This document shows positions 22,503 to 59,447 of a stretch of 64,000 bases of DNA, piece after piece; within the stretch, counting starts at the first letter, position 1, and every line of letters begins with the position of its first letter. The DNA comes from Balanoglossus misakiensis (Eukaryota; Animalia; Hemichordata), in NCBI GenBank assembly GCA_040954595.2, contig CM082582.2, positions 4,386,303 to 4,450,302 on the forward strand, in the 5' to 3' direction. The notes below the pieces were generated by a model. It ran no database searches. It was not told the DNA's origin and worked only from the letters and a program-made list of their open reading frames with translations. The translations under genes were made by a program, and so were the position numbers.

Positions 22503-24527
22503 ATAATGCATAACTTGCCATATTTATTCACTGATCACTGCGTGTCATAGCAGCGCATGGTCACTGACTGAGGCGGGTTCCAGCCAAACAGTATCCACTG
22601 CCTCTGTTCGTCACGAGCCATTTTAGTCAAAAATAGTATTTAGTCTAGTAGCCAGCTTTGCATTTTTCTGACATTTACGTATACAAGCATTGCCTCTTTG
22701 AATTTACATTCTATTTAAGATTTGAAGGTGTTCATCCATTTTCATTCACGTCCTGATATTGAATTGCTGAATTTAACCCTGATTAAAATCATGTCCAAAT
22801 TTCAATCTGATAGGCAAATCATCCTGTGATTAAACACTGCATCAAAACGTGAATTACATGATGTAATAAAACTGTTTTTGTATCTATATTTTAATGTCTT
22901 GGTGATATTATTGTGTATGGGTATGTGCGTGTGAATGTATTTCAAATCATTCTCGTTTCAAATACTGGCTCGGAGTGTATGGTTCAAAAGGACACGCCTT
23001 TGTAACTGGCAAGGCCACTTCAAAAATCAATTATTATAATATCACGAAGTTATTATAAAGTCACGTTAGGCCTACATGAACAAATTCGGAATAACTTTAT
23101 AATAAAATTGATGTTTCGGCGCATCAACCTACACGTTGTCACCCTCTATCGTTTTCATCCCAGATATGAAGTTTTGACACTTTACAGTGATCACGAACTC
23201 CGGCCAGAAGTAAAGGCTGGAAATGGTTATTTCTGATGAGTCATGGAAACAGACCACCGGGAGCTGGACACTCCAGACCCAGGGGAGGAAAACTCCCCTG
23301 TTGAAGTTACCTTACTCTTTTTGGCGATTCCTCATACTCAAATTACAGTCCCACAGAAGAGGGGCCTTGCCCGAACACCCTTTCACAATCGATGCAGATC
23401 CAACACGCAATATATGAATACTATGCAATAAAAAAGTTTAAGAATAGAGAGGGAGAGGAAAAAAACCCCTCCACTACCAACACACATCCCAAAACTCTGT
23501 ATTGGAAATGGGATTCGCAGTTGGCTTTTTAAATAGTTGTGTGCCCGTTGTCTTGATTTGATGGTGAATTGTACTGTCAAAATATTTAAACTAGATGCCA
23601 GGTGTGCATTATTTTTGTTGATCTGTCAGTGACTGTGCTTTATTTTGACAAACCACTCACTATCACCAAATGTAGGCCTATTCAGATTATCATGAGCAAA
23701 AAAGTTTGTTGTACTCTCTGACATTTATACATAGAGACAACTAGGTTGCTTCGCATCAACATTTGCCTCCATTCCACTTTCCTCCATCCCCTCATGATCA
23801 CATCATATTATGATAACATTATAACATGATAACAGAACGCCCTCAACGATAGCTATCACCTGAATTTCCCAGGGTGCATGCCAAACTGTCATGGCGGCGT
23901 CCATGTAACAGAACCGCGGCTTTGAGACCACGCTTGTATCTCTTGTATGCTTCATTACAGGTTGGTAAGATTAATACAACATTCTTTTGAACTTTCGAAC
24001 GATTATGACATCTTTACTTTCATTTTGAATTCATAAAAGAGTTATGCACATACTTGAATGAATGAGAAACCAACGACTCGCGACTTCACGTTGACGTCGA
24101 GTACATAGTAGTACAACAAACAACAACCATAGACCAGTGTAAATACACCAAGCACGGTCACTTTACACACGGCCCGATTTTTCACCTGGCTGTGTACCTA
24201 AACGAAATTAATCTACCTTAGGGATTAGAAATTTAACCACCTGAAAATCTCATTAATGCGCAGAATTGATTTGTTTTGAAAATGCTGTGTCCTGATGATA
24301 TCCGTGACAATCACTATGGTTGCAGTCAGTGTGGTCAAGCAAGAGTCTTGCCTGTGTATGCTGTCAAACTATCTACAGGATGTGTGCATGCAATGCAGCG
24401 TACTTCCATGTTGATGCAGATGCACTTTGTGATAGAATGCCACAAGTTACAACAACAGGTGTTTACAATTGTCTGATTTTTTAAAAATCTTTACTTAAAG
24501 ATGACAGCCGTTTAGCAGAGCTGAATC

Positions 24528-44067
<19,540 letters not shown>

Positions 44068-46044
44068 GAATCGTATAATTCATATAATGTGCATAAAAGT
44101 ACAAGTCACTGGGACCAAGAGACAAGAACTTTTAAACAGTTGTGATAGACAACATACCCGGGTAGCCATACCTACTTACTGCCCATGAAATCATAAAAAT
44201 GTGTCTGAATAATTAATTTATGTGATATACATACATTTAGATGAGTCTATTATTTGCCTGTTTGTCTACATAATGCACTGAGCACTACTCAGCCAGACAC
44301 ATTTTGAGTTCACGACCGTCTGTTCCCCCAGCACATGGTGATGTCACCCCTGCAAAGTGACTTGTTTTGAACAAGCATATCAGATAAAGAATGTGTCTGC
44401 AATGTTAGACATCTAAAACAAATAATATCTGTTCTTTATTTTGTGGTATGTATAAGCATTCACAAAATGTGAATTTTTATGGAAAACCGCTTGCAATCAC
44501 ATGTTAAGTTGTAAGCTATGCCAGTGTTTATATTAAAATGATTAAAGACACTTACACTGCCGTAAATATCTGCAAATACAATTGTATTGAGTGTTTTCCC
44601 ATGAATAGAATGATATCGCTCCAACAGCAACTTAATTTTGGAAATTAGTCTTTACAGTATCATTTGGACAAAATCGTTTAAACATCTAGCTGTTGGTTGA
44701 TCTTTCAATTGATTCCGTTTGAAAATGATTCCTTTCTTTATAGCAGAAGGCTGACATGTACTATATTCAGCATGGTACAGTATTGAACTGAAAGAGAAAG
44801 AGTCCTTTGATAGAAGCCCAGGGATAGCAAAATCATAGAACCACTTCTATGACAGAACTTACTATATAGCTTATTGTGGAAATGTTTGTCCAGATTTTAG
44901 GCGTTATTGTACCAAACAGCTTTTTTTATTATGCAGGATTTCTGAATAAAACATGGCATTATGTTTCACAAGTACAACTGTCTACAGTGTCTTTGTGGTC
45001 GTCATTGTTACTGTGCTAATGTTATCACGTGGAACTCCAGTGACCAACATTTGTAAGTTGACAGCATCACCTGTCTGAACATAGGGTAGCGTAGCGCAGC
45101 CAGCGGTGGAATTGGGGCAGGGAACCAGACTAAACATAGGGGGCTCTCCCTCCGAGTTTTAGTGTGTATGTTTGTTGTTATTGAATGACATAATAAACAA
45201 AAATGTTTGTTTTTATTTTTTTTATAAATATGGTCACGTTTGTTGACATGGGAGTGATGCCATCCAAGTTTGCCGGGCAATTTTTAAAATCCACTTCCGG
45301 GTCGCAGGTCATAGGTCAAAGGTTTTCACAATCGTGGCAGTCTGAAAAAGTGTGCATGGATGGTTTCAGTGCAGTGACATTAATACTTTACCACCTGAAC
45401 ATTTTCTACTTGCATATATAAACAGACTCTCAACAGTGTTTTCATCCACAGCGGAGTATTATTTATAGAGTTTAATTCAGGTGAGTATGTTAAATTCAAA
45501 AACATTCCTCAACTCAGCCTGACCTGCATACACTTTACAGGTCTGTTCGTTCACGGGGGCTACAGGGCGGTCATGTGTTCGAGATCATGTGCTGTGCTTC
45601 AAGTTATGCATTGAAAATCCCAGTTTATACGCCTGAAATACCTTGCTATGTTAACATAGTGATCCCCTAGCTAGCTACACTTGGATTTAATTAAAACCCA
45701 CTGACAAAGAAAAGTAAAAAGTCGGCACCTCGCACTATGTGATTATTTCCCGCCAAAATATGCTAATTTTCACCTGAGACCGTGAGAGGTCTTATATCCG
45801 CAACCAAATACCCTCGCTAGCCGTTTATAACCTCTAAATATTTTAAGTTCATGACCGTCTGATTAAATGATTAACATTTTTAAATTTAAACTTCAAGGGG
45901 ACGCTAGTTTAGTTACAGAACAAATCCCTGCATGGGGTTTCAGGCTTTATATTGGCGCCAGTGGCATACATGAAGCTAGACGTAGTTAACACAGAATGTT
46001 ACATTTCATCTGATTGCATTTTTGTATGTTTGACAGCTCACACC

Positions 46045-46533
46045 ATGGAAGGCCGAACCATTGAACTTGACAGCCCTGAATTCAAGAACATCCTGAGAAG
46101 AGGGGAAAACCTTGACAGGAAATTAGCAAAATATTCCAACAAAGTCAGCGTTTCTTGTCAGCCATGCCGCCTTGCAAATAACGAAGAGATTCTTCAAAAT
46201 CTTCTTGCTGAATCAAAGAGAAGAAACAATACCGAAGAGACCGAAAAATTGAAGGGTTTGCTGTCTGTTCTGGGTGACCTCCAAGCACCGTACATAACTG
46301 AGGATGGTAGCAGGACTGTGACAAGAACCTTTATGACATTCAGCGAGGCTCATGAACTCTATCTTGGACATCACTCCCGTCATGTTGGTGGAACAGAAAC
46401 TGAAACTGACCGCAGTGCATTCACAGAACATCTTCTGCACCCACAGTACGGTCTGTGTGTTGTGATATGTACTGTGGGTGCAGAAAGATACGTCGTTTTG
46501 CGCTCGGATGACGTTGATTTTCTTGATCGATAG
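46045..46533 (+). pseudogene. Unidentified ORF remnant, probably transposon-associated
   Basis: Acceptor TTTGACAG at 46036, ATG in good context, and 162 protein-like codons (MEGRTIELDSPEFKNILRRG...LLHPQYGLCVVICTVG). Broken coding-like sequence continues to ~47050. It lies convergent with the PIF1 fragment. Confidence 0.4.
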
Positions 46534-47679
46534 CAGAAAGGGAAATTGAAACCACAGGAGGACTGCCCTCTGAGTTCTGACCCATGGAGAAGATAATAAA
46601 TACCTAGACTCTCTCACAGCCCCTCTCGTCGTCCATGCAGGCTTATGGACTGATTGCATGTGTGCCCACACAACACCAGACCGTGCTTCTCCCTTGCCAA
46701 ATGGTTGAGGGCGCGTAGCGAACCGTGGGCTGTGAGAGAGTCTAATAAATACCATGCATGGAAAGCGAGTGGGACAAAAAGGTAGCCAGAGTATTGATTT
46801 GTGCTGGGCGGTCAAGACCTCAATTAAAATCTCTCGGTATTAAGGACTGCAAAATAAACCAGTGGACATCAGAAATCACCGAAGTTGTACAAGAGCAGAG
46901 CAATGCTATGATGGCAGCAGAAGATTGAACACACCTGTGACTATACAGGCAAAAATAAGAGACCTCTATTTCATCAAACATTGAAGCAACTGATGGAAAA
47001 ATAAGAACCATGACAACAATCTGGAAAACCAGGAGAATTGATGAGATATAGCAGTACAAAAATAGACAATCATTTACAAAGAAACATTTATAAAATGCTA
47101 TTCCATTTTATTTCACAAAGCTTTTATAAATGACAAACTTTGCATACATATTTCAATGGTTTATTCAAAAACAAGAGTGTTAATCCGGAAGTAAGTAAAA
47201 CAGACAAACTGTCGACGTGGCAGAATTTTCGCGGCTCCAAACTCGACTATGATAAGTTGCTGTTGATTCTGGTTTAATTCTGATGATTTCTAGCGTGTAG
47301 TCGATGATGCGAAGTGGCCAGTCATGTAGAATTGTCAGCCTTTACTATTTATGATGGCCAATGTTTTCTTAAGGCTGCCACTTTGTTCCGCTTGTCTTTC
47401 TCTGTGGTAATCCTTTTTCTGTGTGCTTGAGTCTTCTTCACCTGCATTGTCCCTATTGTAGTCCTTTAAAAATTGACCTGCTCCCATGTTCATGTATCTG
47501 CAGGATACGATTCCATGGAAACACTTTCTTCACAGTCTCATGGTTGAAGCTGTTGTCTTGTCTTTGTGTGTACAGATTCGAAAAGGTTGTGAAGAGTTCT
47601 TCATTATGAAGTAGACTGTTCTTGGCAGTTTCTGCCAGTGACTTTGAATATTGGTGGAGATTACTGATCCTGAGTTGTT

Positions 47680-48238
47680 TTAATCGTTCTTAACATTCAC
47701 CTCTTCTCTGCAACACACTAGATACACATCAACATCACAGCTTGGAAGGGATGCATAAAATTTAAATGAAGCTATTTTATTAAGAGCAAGCATTCTGGTC
47801 TGTGTAAAACCAATCCACTTTATTGTCTCTGTTGATTTTGCCCTTGGCAGTGCTACATAAAGTTGGTCAGGAACAAATTCACTCCCAGCATGCACCACAA
47901 CACGTGGCAACGTCTGACCCTGTGACTTGTGGGCTGCTATTGGCCCAACATAATTTCAGAGGATGCTGGGAACGCCTACCGATCTCTTTGCCTGTATCAC
48001 TTTTCACAGTCCATGTTTTATGTGGGATTGTACACTGGATATTCTTGTCCATGAACATGACCACAGGATGTCCATCTTCATCGACTCCTCTAAATGTGCC
48101 AATGCATCCATTATGTAACTCCTGGGATAGATTGTATAGTAGCATTACTGGAGCTCCTTTTTCTACAAGCAACATCTTTGGAGCAGTGCAACCTTTCTTG
48201 ATTTCCTGATGGTTTCTTTCATCTATTCTAGGGAACAT
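47680..48238 (-). pseudogene. PIF1-family (SF1B) helicase C-terminal fragment, frameshifted
   Basis: GAPVMLLYNL..LHNGCIG, RSQHPLKLCWA, then a frameshift, then KSQGQTLPRVVVH..FVPDQLYVALPRA. These are PIF1 motifs IV-VI; no Walker A half is visible. Confidence 0.8.
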
Positions 48239-48927
48239 GTAGAATTTGCATGTTTATTCGTTCAGGCTTTTGTACATTTTTTAGTCTTGCAGATTGTATA
48301 CCAGTAAGCAAAACACATTATTTTTCACCTCTGTAACTTTTTCCTCCCACCAACCCGATTAACAATTATGTTGTTGATAGACCACACTTTGCAGAATTTG
48401 TATTTTCATGACTGCAATTGTTCTGTAGTTTGTATTTCAAATGTTTATATACTGTAACATATCCTTATAACTTGCCCGTTTCTTGTTATAGTTGGCTTGC
48501 AATTACTTGTAATTGGCCAGCAGGAGCCTTTCCATTACCTGATTAAACACAGGCTCTTGCCCTAACCTGCAAATCAGTTGTTCTGTGGAGTTTTATTTCA
48601 CCAGGTTACGACTAATTAATAGATTTGAACACGTGGTATTTATAAGTATTTACCAGGCATATTATCAAACTCACACATGTTGTAGAAGTCGGCATCTGTA
48701 TTGTTGAATGCGGGTTGAATTATGATATATCAGAGGGTACCATAATGTGATGAGAAACTGTCCCAGTAACTCTCTCTACTCTACATCACATCTGCCAATT
48801 CGTATTGAATTTAGGGCCTGGTTTATATTGTTTTGACTGTCCTGCTGTCTCTAAGTGGTATTCCGAAGAATGGTGTGGTAACTTTCCATAATGGGGATAA
48901 AATGCACACTCTCCGAGCAGAGGTTTC

Positions 48928-49059
48928 AAACGATTGCGCGTCAACTCTGTTATGTTATTTTATAACAAGGCGAGGCATGGTGTTTATATCGGCAGGCCTT
49001 ATGCAGTCAACGGCGTTCAGGTGATTTTCACTTTAATAGTTCGTAAACAGAGATACAAA
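48928..49059 (+). repeat. ~130-bp direct repeat, copy 1 (upstream of the nAChR-like gene)
   Basis: Shares GTCAACTC.GTTATGTTATTTTA.AACAAGGCGAGGCATGGTGTTTATATCGG...GTTCGTAAACAGA.ATACAAA with 54827-54960. Confidence 0.85.
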
Positions 49060-49385
49060 TGTTAAACATTACTTCAACAAAAGATACATTTCTTTATTTG
49101 TTCCATAGGTGTTAGGGGTTTTGTTTAACCACGGAAACAAATATTGACATCGAAGCAAATCTAATAGTGGATTCAGTAATGTAATGAAATATACCAGAAT
49201 CCATCAATTATTATAATAGATGTTAAACTTAGTTTACATTATCTTCTCAAACGGCATTGGGAACGTCACGTAGTATCTGTTTCCCATGGTTCTGTAGCAT
49301 GCCACATTGTCATAGCAACCAAGAGCCCATCCGCGCAGGTGGTATCAACGTTGTGATCATGCATTCAGGCTGTTTCTTCAAAAAG

Positions 49386-49540
49386 CGAGAGAGGGGGTAG
49401 GGGAGAGAGAGGGGGTGGGGAGGGGGAGAGAGAGAGGAGGGAGCGAGCGAGAGAGTGAAAAGAGAGGGGGGAGAGAGAAAGGGAGGGGGAGGGAGAGAGA
49501 GGGGAAGGGAGGGAGGGTGAGAGGGGAGGGGAGAGAGAGA
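49386..49540. repeat. Polypurine (G/A) low-complexity tract
   Basis: Almost pure G/A run. Confidence 0.9.
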
Positions 49541-50439
49541 CAAATTGAATTGAATAAGAAATTGAATTTCCAATCTGTTGGTCTGCCGTTTACGTACCTT
49601 CTGTTATCAGGGCATTGTCGCCAGGAATTCATTTATTTTTTATCATAGTTTCGGAAGGGAGTATGGTTCTGTCTAGACAAAGTCGAAAAAGTTTTGTAAA
49701 CCTGGCCTCCTCTTCGCAAGACTTTGTTTAAATATGAAAATTGTTCATGGTCGTTTGTTCTGAAATAGGTACATAGATACATTTAATACCGGAAACATGT
49801 TTAATCTTTGATATTAGGTAACCCTTTTAGCTTTTCATGAATCGATTTTTAAAAAATCCTCTGTTACACAAGTCACAATAAGCAAATAAAATTTTGCAAA
49901 TTACAATTTACTAATTGAACTTGTTAGCTACCGTTGCTGTAAACTTTGTCATTATGAATCAATCGATGACTTTAAATCAATAAAGCCTTTATATATACCA
50001 TATTTTAGTAAGGTTTCAAACCTAAGCACTCGGCAAAATATTCCGCCAGGTGTGAATTCATAAATTTTCATAATGCTCAATATAAAGTAGTGCCCGTGGG
50101 AGAAAAAGGTGTCATTTCTCACACAGCCAGGATGGAGAAGGTAGGGAGTAAGGAAGTACAGCGTTTAGAAATAGCTTAGAGGACATCGGGAGGGCTTTGA
50201 TTTTCGTCCCACACCCTCCCCGTCTACCATTTAGTCAATGGAGGATAGTTTGATCACGATATCATGCCTCAACAATGCTCGCACTCTGAACACAACAGGT
50301 AATATCATTGGGCAAAGTGATTAGGCTTTAAATAACGTTATGTTTATGTAGTAAGCGGTACGACCAATATAAAAAGCGGCGCCGGTCGATTCCCCCCGAA
50401 GATACTGCCGAGGGTCCGCAGAAACAAGTTGTTGAAACC

Positions 50440-54374
<3,935 letters not shown>

Positions 54375-54826
54375 CGTTTACACATCTTGTGTACTTTCGC
54401 GCGGTTGTGCTCCGCTCAGGAGACTATCTTCGCGTTTTGAAGTTCCCGGATGACAGACTTTTCTGATTGGCGTTGTTCTGAGATGTACCACCAATGGATT
54501 TTTTGATAGATCTAATTGTATTAAACTAGTCACATAATTTACTCTATTTATAATCTGAAAGATATATGTAATGAAAAACGTTTTACACCATGTTTTATAT
54601 GCCTGTTGTACTACATTGGAACGACCAATAATCAGCACTGTTATTGTTGAAAATTGAATTAAAGTCCGGACATAAATTCATTTGTCAACAATAACATTAA
54701 CAGTGGGCAGGCTTTATTGGGAAGCTAAAGACTAAACATTCCATAAAGCTACCCAGAGTAGAACAAGAAACCGAAGTTGATGCACGGAGAAATAAATAGC
54801 CAATAAATTATCATTACTGGAGCTTA

Positions 54827-54960
54827 AAACGATGCAATGCACGTCAACTCGGTTATGTTATTTTACAACAAGGCGAGGCATGGTGTTTATATCGGTAGGT
54901 CTTGTGCAGTCCAGATTCGTTCGGGTGAGTTTCACTTTAGTTCGTAAACAGACATACAAA
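54827..54960 (+). repeat. ~130-bp direct repeat, copy 2 (downstream of the nAChR-like gene)
   Basis: Homologous to 48928-49059. Confidence 0.85.
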
Positions 54961-55632
54961 GATTCACTGGCCTGTTTTTCTTTACCATTTTTTCTCTCGT
55001 TTGAACCATTAAAAAGACCGGAGTGTATTAATGCACAGACAACATGGCAAGGTCAGATATATTACATTTATTCCGTAAATAATTGCAATACCATATATTA
55101 TAATCAATGAACAAGACACAGGGAGAAATAGAAAGTAAATTTATAAATCGAGATTTTGTCTTCTAAACTTAAAAACGATCAGAGTTCAAACGACCAATTA
55201 AATGCCGTACACTAGAAAATTGAAATTTCAGAACAGAAAGTTTCTTGCAAAAAACTCCGTCTGCGACTTTACACCTTTCATTTCATCTTTCCACATTTTT
55301 AAAGACAGCACACATTCTATTAATCAGGTTGTTTTAGAAACATTGGCCGCAGAGTACCGAGAGCATGGGGAATTTCGTTTACAAACGTTCTTTTTATTCC
55401 GTCTACAATACATATTTAACTCTGGTGTGTGATCTTTTAAACATGAAATAATGTGATGATATTAAGTATACTGTACATTTTTGTGAACTAAAGTTACTAA
55501 AATCAAAGTTCGATATATTATGATATTATGACAATAAAGATATTCTAAACTATTCTATCCCATTCTATTTAAGCGATTAAATGTAATCGGGCATCGAATG
55601 CAATTAAGCGACAAGCAAATCATATGCATGTT

Positions 55633-56016
55633 TACAATACAATACAATACAATACAATACAATACGATACAATACAATACAATACAATACAATACAATAC
55701 AATACAATACAATACAATACAATACAATACAATACAATACAATACAATACAATACAATACAATACAATACAATACAATACAATACAATACAATACAATAC
55801 AATACAATACAATACAATGCAATACTTGTTCAATACAATACAATACAATACAATACAATACTTGTTCAATACAATACAATACAATACAATACAATACTTT
55901 ACAATAGTACACAATACAATACATGTACAATACAATACAATACAATACATGTACAATACAATACAATACAATACAATACAATACAATACAATACAATACA
56001 ATACAATACAATACAA
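55633..56016. repeat. (ACAAT)n pentanucleotide array
   Basis: Directly visible; source of the YCIVL/IQYNT ORFs. Confidence 0.97.
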
Positions 56017-56079
56017 CTGACTCTTTCACTCTTGACAAGCACATGTGGAGTGAAATGACAACAGTGATGTCTACACTGA

Positions 56080-58195
56080 TTATAAAGTTTCAACATTATC
56101 GGTAGCGGGAGTGTTCCTCTTATTGGAAACTACAGCACTGTCTCGCGGTTTCTCTCTACATTTTCTGGCGATTTTGACCGCGCCAAAAGCCAAAAACAGC
56201 AGTGCACCCTGTAGAGAATTTAATGTGGCCGAAATGTAACTGATTTCCTCTGCTTCCAGAACTATGTCAATCAGGGTAATGCTCCACGTCAGCCCCATCA
56301 AAATAAACGCCTTGGCACACATGACAAAGTGTCGCTTCCAAATGGCGCGCTTGCCGAGTTTGGCAGCGTTGGCCGACGAGCTGATGACGAACCACATGGT
56401 CAACGCGAAACAGCCTGCGTTGAAAACAAACGTCGCGGCCACAGGGCCGACGAAAAACACGAGCAGAGCCTGCTTGTTGCGAATCCAGCATATGTCGTCT
56501 CTGCCATAGCCAAGCTCGTATCCCCCCACCCCGCTGACATCCAAAAACACTGCAGTGCCCACCAGGGGCAGTGGTAATAACCACCCGGTCAGGCAGTACA
56601 CCACAAAAAGGCGCCGACCTTGACTGACGTACAGCGCCTGCTTGACAGATTGGAACGTGCGGAAAATGTCAAAACTCACAACTGACAGCCAAGTGAAATT
56701 TGCGGACCAAGCATAGTGCAAAAACACGGCTATGTAGAAGCACAAACTTGGTAGTTCATTCAGAATCATGCTTGAGAGAAGGGCTGACTGAGAAATCAAC
56801 ATGGAAACGACCATATTGACCATCAGTTTCCCGGGCATATTATGCATGGATTTGTTCAAACGGTAGACGGCAAGAAACGCAATTAGGCAGACGATAGACA
56901 AGGCGGAGAACACTACGGTCAACCACGAGAGTATGGCAGAGGGGCTTCCATTCAGGGGCAAACAGACTAGAGCAAAGGAATTATTACCGATGATTTTAAA
57001 GAATTTTGTCGCAGTGGTAATATTGAAAATTTGGAAAATAAGAATTTCGTTGTCCAGGTGGAAATCTCCGCGGCTTAAAATTAGCGGGCTTGCAGCTTTC
57101 GGACACTGGATAGAACTGTTTTCAAGTCCGTTTTCACTGTGGTTTAGGTGACCGGCAGGGACAACCGCTCTTCGCTCTCCCGTCAGGCCCACACAACCTT
57201 TCAGTGAGAGGTCATAGACTTGGTTTTCGGAACATGAAATTTCGCTAGTAAAGTTGACGGAAAAAGCGTTGTCCGATTCACCAGCAACACTCAGCCATGG
57301 CGTGCCACGCCTGCTGAGGTCAAACAACAAATGTAGCGAATATATCTTTCTGCCTATCGTCGGAAAGGGCTTCTTACCGCACAAGTCTGACGTCACAGAG
57401 ACACCATTGCACAAAGCACAATTTACATTCCCGTACAATAGTTTTCCCTGACTGTGGACTATGGTAATGGGGGAATAGTATGATTGGCATACACGTTGCA
57501 TTTCATTAAATTCCTCTTTTCTTTCGGATTCGTAGAGTGACGAGTTGCATGAGTCAACATACGGACTACACGATCTAACAGTTCCTCCAGTAATTTCTGC
57601 CATCGCCACGTCGGCATCGTCTGACGTTAGATCAGAGATCTCGACAATTTTCATATAGTTTGCGAATGTTTCGTTGAAGCTACCCAGCCTATGAGCGAAA
57701 GACTTAGTGAACATTACCATTACGTGCCACATCACAATTTCTGAGCTGTTTCGTCCGTTGCATATCGCACAGTATATGTTGCGATAGAATTCGGACTCTG
57801 CTGGCCACGTGACTGGTGTCGTCACAATCGATAGACCTGGAATGGAGTAAAGGAAGAACAATTTCAAGAATTTCTTTCCGTTTAGTGGTTTTTGGTTAAA
57901 TGTGTAAGTTAAGTTAAGTGCACCGTTCCCAGAATATTCATAGTAGACCTGCCCACAGCTGGGACATAAACAGATATGGGTCTAGCATGAGAGAGGCTCT
58001 ATTATGGATGGAAGGAGAGGGAGAGAGGGAGGGAGCGGTTGAAGACGGGGGGGGGGGCAGAGAGGATTGGAAAGAGAGGAGAAGAGTGGGACGGGAGAGG
58101 GAGTCTGATAGGAGGGAAACAGGAGAGGGCAAGGGAAAGGGGATAAATCTCGATAGCGATTGAGAAAGAGAAAGAGAGAGAGATTGTGAGAGAGG

Positions 58196-58258
<63 letters not shown>

Positions 58259-59067
58259 GGAGAGAGAGAGAGATTGAGATAGAGAGAGATTGAGAGAGAG
58301 AGATTGAGAGAGAGAGAGAGATTGAGAGAGAGAGATTGAGAGACAGAGAGATTGAGAGAGAGAGAGAGATTGAGAGATTGAGAGAGAAAGAGAGAGAGAG
58401 ATTGAGAGACAGAGACAGAGAGAGAGACTGGTAGACGGATATAAAGAGTTTGTATGGATTTGCTTTAAAGCATGCGATTTTTATGATATACAGCGGTCTC
58501 GTTTAGGTTGGTTTTGATTTGTCAGTTCCGTTGTCAAGTCACTCTGCAGACAAGCAGTCTTCGTAACAGATGTATACGACGTGCATATCAATACATATAT
58601 ACATGTGTACATGTAGGTTATTTCTTACCTAAGGGTGCTTCTGTTTCACATTTTTCCCTTGTAAAACTATCTCGCCATGTTTCGGGGCACTTTGCGATCA
58701 ACCAAACATGCGGGTCAAACCCCTGATCGGAGGTGGCGACGTGGACACAGCTCTGCCGATAATCTCTCGTTTCCGGTCCAGATGTACTCTGGGGGCCGGG
58801 AATTGTTGCGTTTGCGCAGACACTTTGGCGGTCAAAACAACAGTCACCGTACCGCGGGCAGTCGGAGTCACAGCGGCACATCCAGGGCTCTCGATTCTGC
58901 GCTTCGGCTTGGTAGTTGGAAAGTCTGCCGCAGTGGGATTGGCCGTCAGGGCGGGAACATGAGTCGGGGCAACAGAGCGTGTCGTTGCCATTGCACAGAC
59001 TATCTCGTACGTCATAACCAAAAATGTGCACACAAAAATGTACCAAGATCAGCTGAAGTAACAACAT
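56080..59067 (-). CDS. Family B (Methuselah-like/adhesion-like) GPCR with N-terminal somatomedin-B-like domain, ~731 aa
   Basis: Exon 58629-59067 (signal peptide; CRCDSDCPRYGDCCFD) is spliced in phase 1 to 56080-57836 (YRNIYCAICN and YGNVNCALCN Cys motifs; 7TM with HNMPGK, LHYAWSANFTWL, GWLLP, CWI, LMGLTW, LNSLQG). Confidence 0.88.
58160..58428. repeat. (GA)n/(GAGATT) microsatellite in the GPCR intron
   Basis: Directly visible. Confidence 0.95.
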
Positions 59068-59447
59068 TTTTCTGACAATGTCCTAGAAATAAGAATCAGA
59101 AGATTCGTTTTAATGAAAAATGCAATTTCACCAGAAACAAAATGCAATTTGAACAGATTACAGAAGACAAAACTAATCGTGATATCTGCATGTCAAACTA
59201 TTCTTTCTCTCTCCGTTTCCCAAACCTAAACAAAAATCACAAATTCTGTCTTCTACAGACAACTGCTGAAATCTGTCCGTTTCTACTTTTAATCATGGTA
59301 AATACTAGTTCTAACTAAAATGTGCAAGGCTTGAACGTTTTTGTCTTGACAATAGTTGAAGAAAATTATTTTCGTTTCCATATTTTTCTTGAAGGACACA
59401 TAGTTCTCAGGTTAGGTTTTCTGCAAAGTTCAGTAAACCAGTTTCTT

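Noticed and set aside
21802-22531. Arg-rich, Ser-rich and hydrophobic repeat ORFs in other frames and on the minus strand
   Set aside because: Shadow frames of the stop-free 21-bp coding repeat; only the acidic frame splices in phase to the signal-peptide exon.
23161-23431. Exon-like segment with short ORFs upstream of CPSF1
   Set aside because: No recognisable protein motif or consistent splice structure.
55555-56105. YCIVL/IQYNT repeat ORFs
   Set aside because: Translations of the (ACAAT)n satellite.
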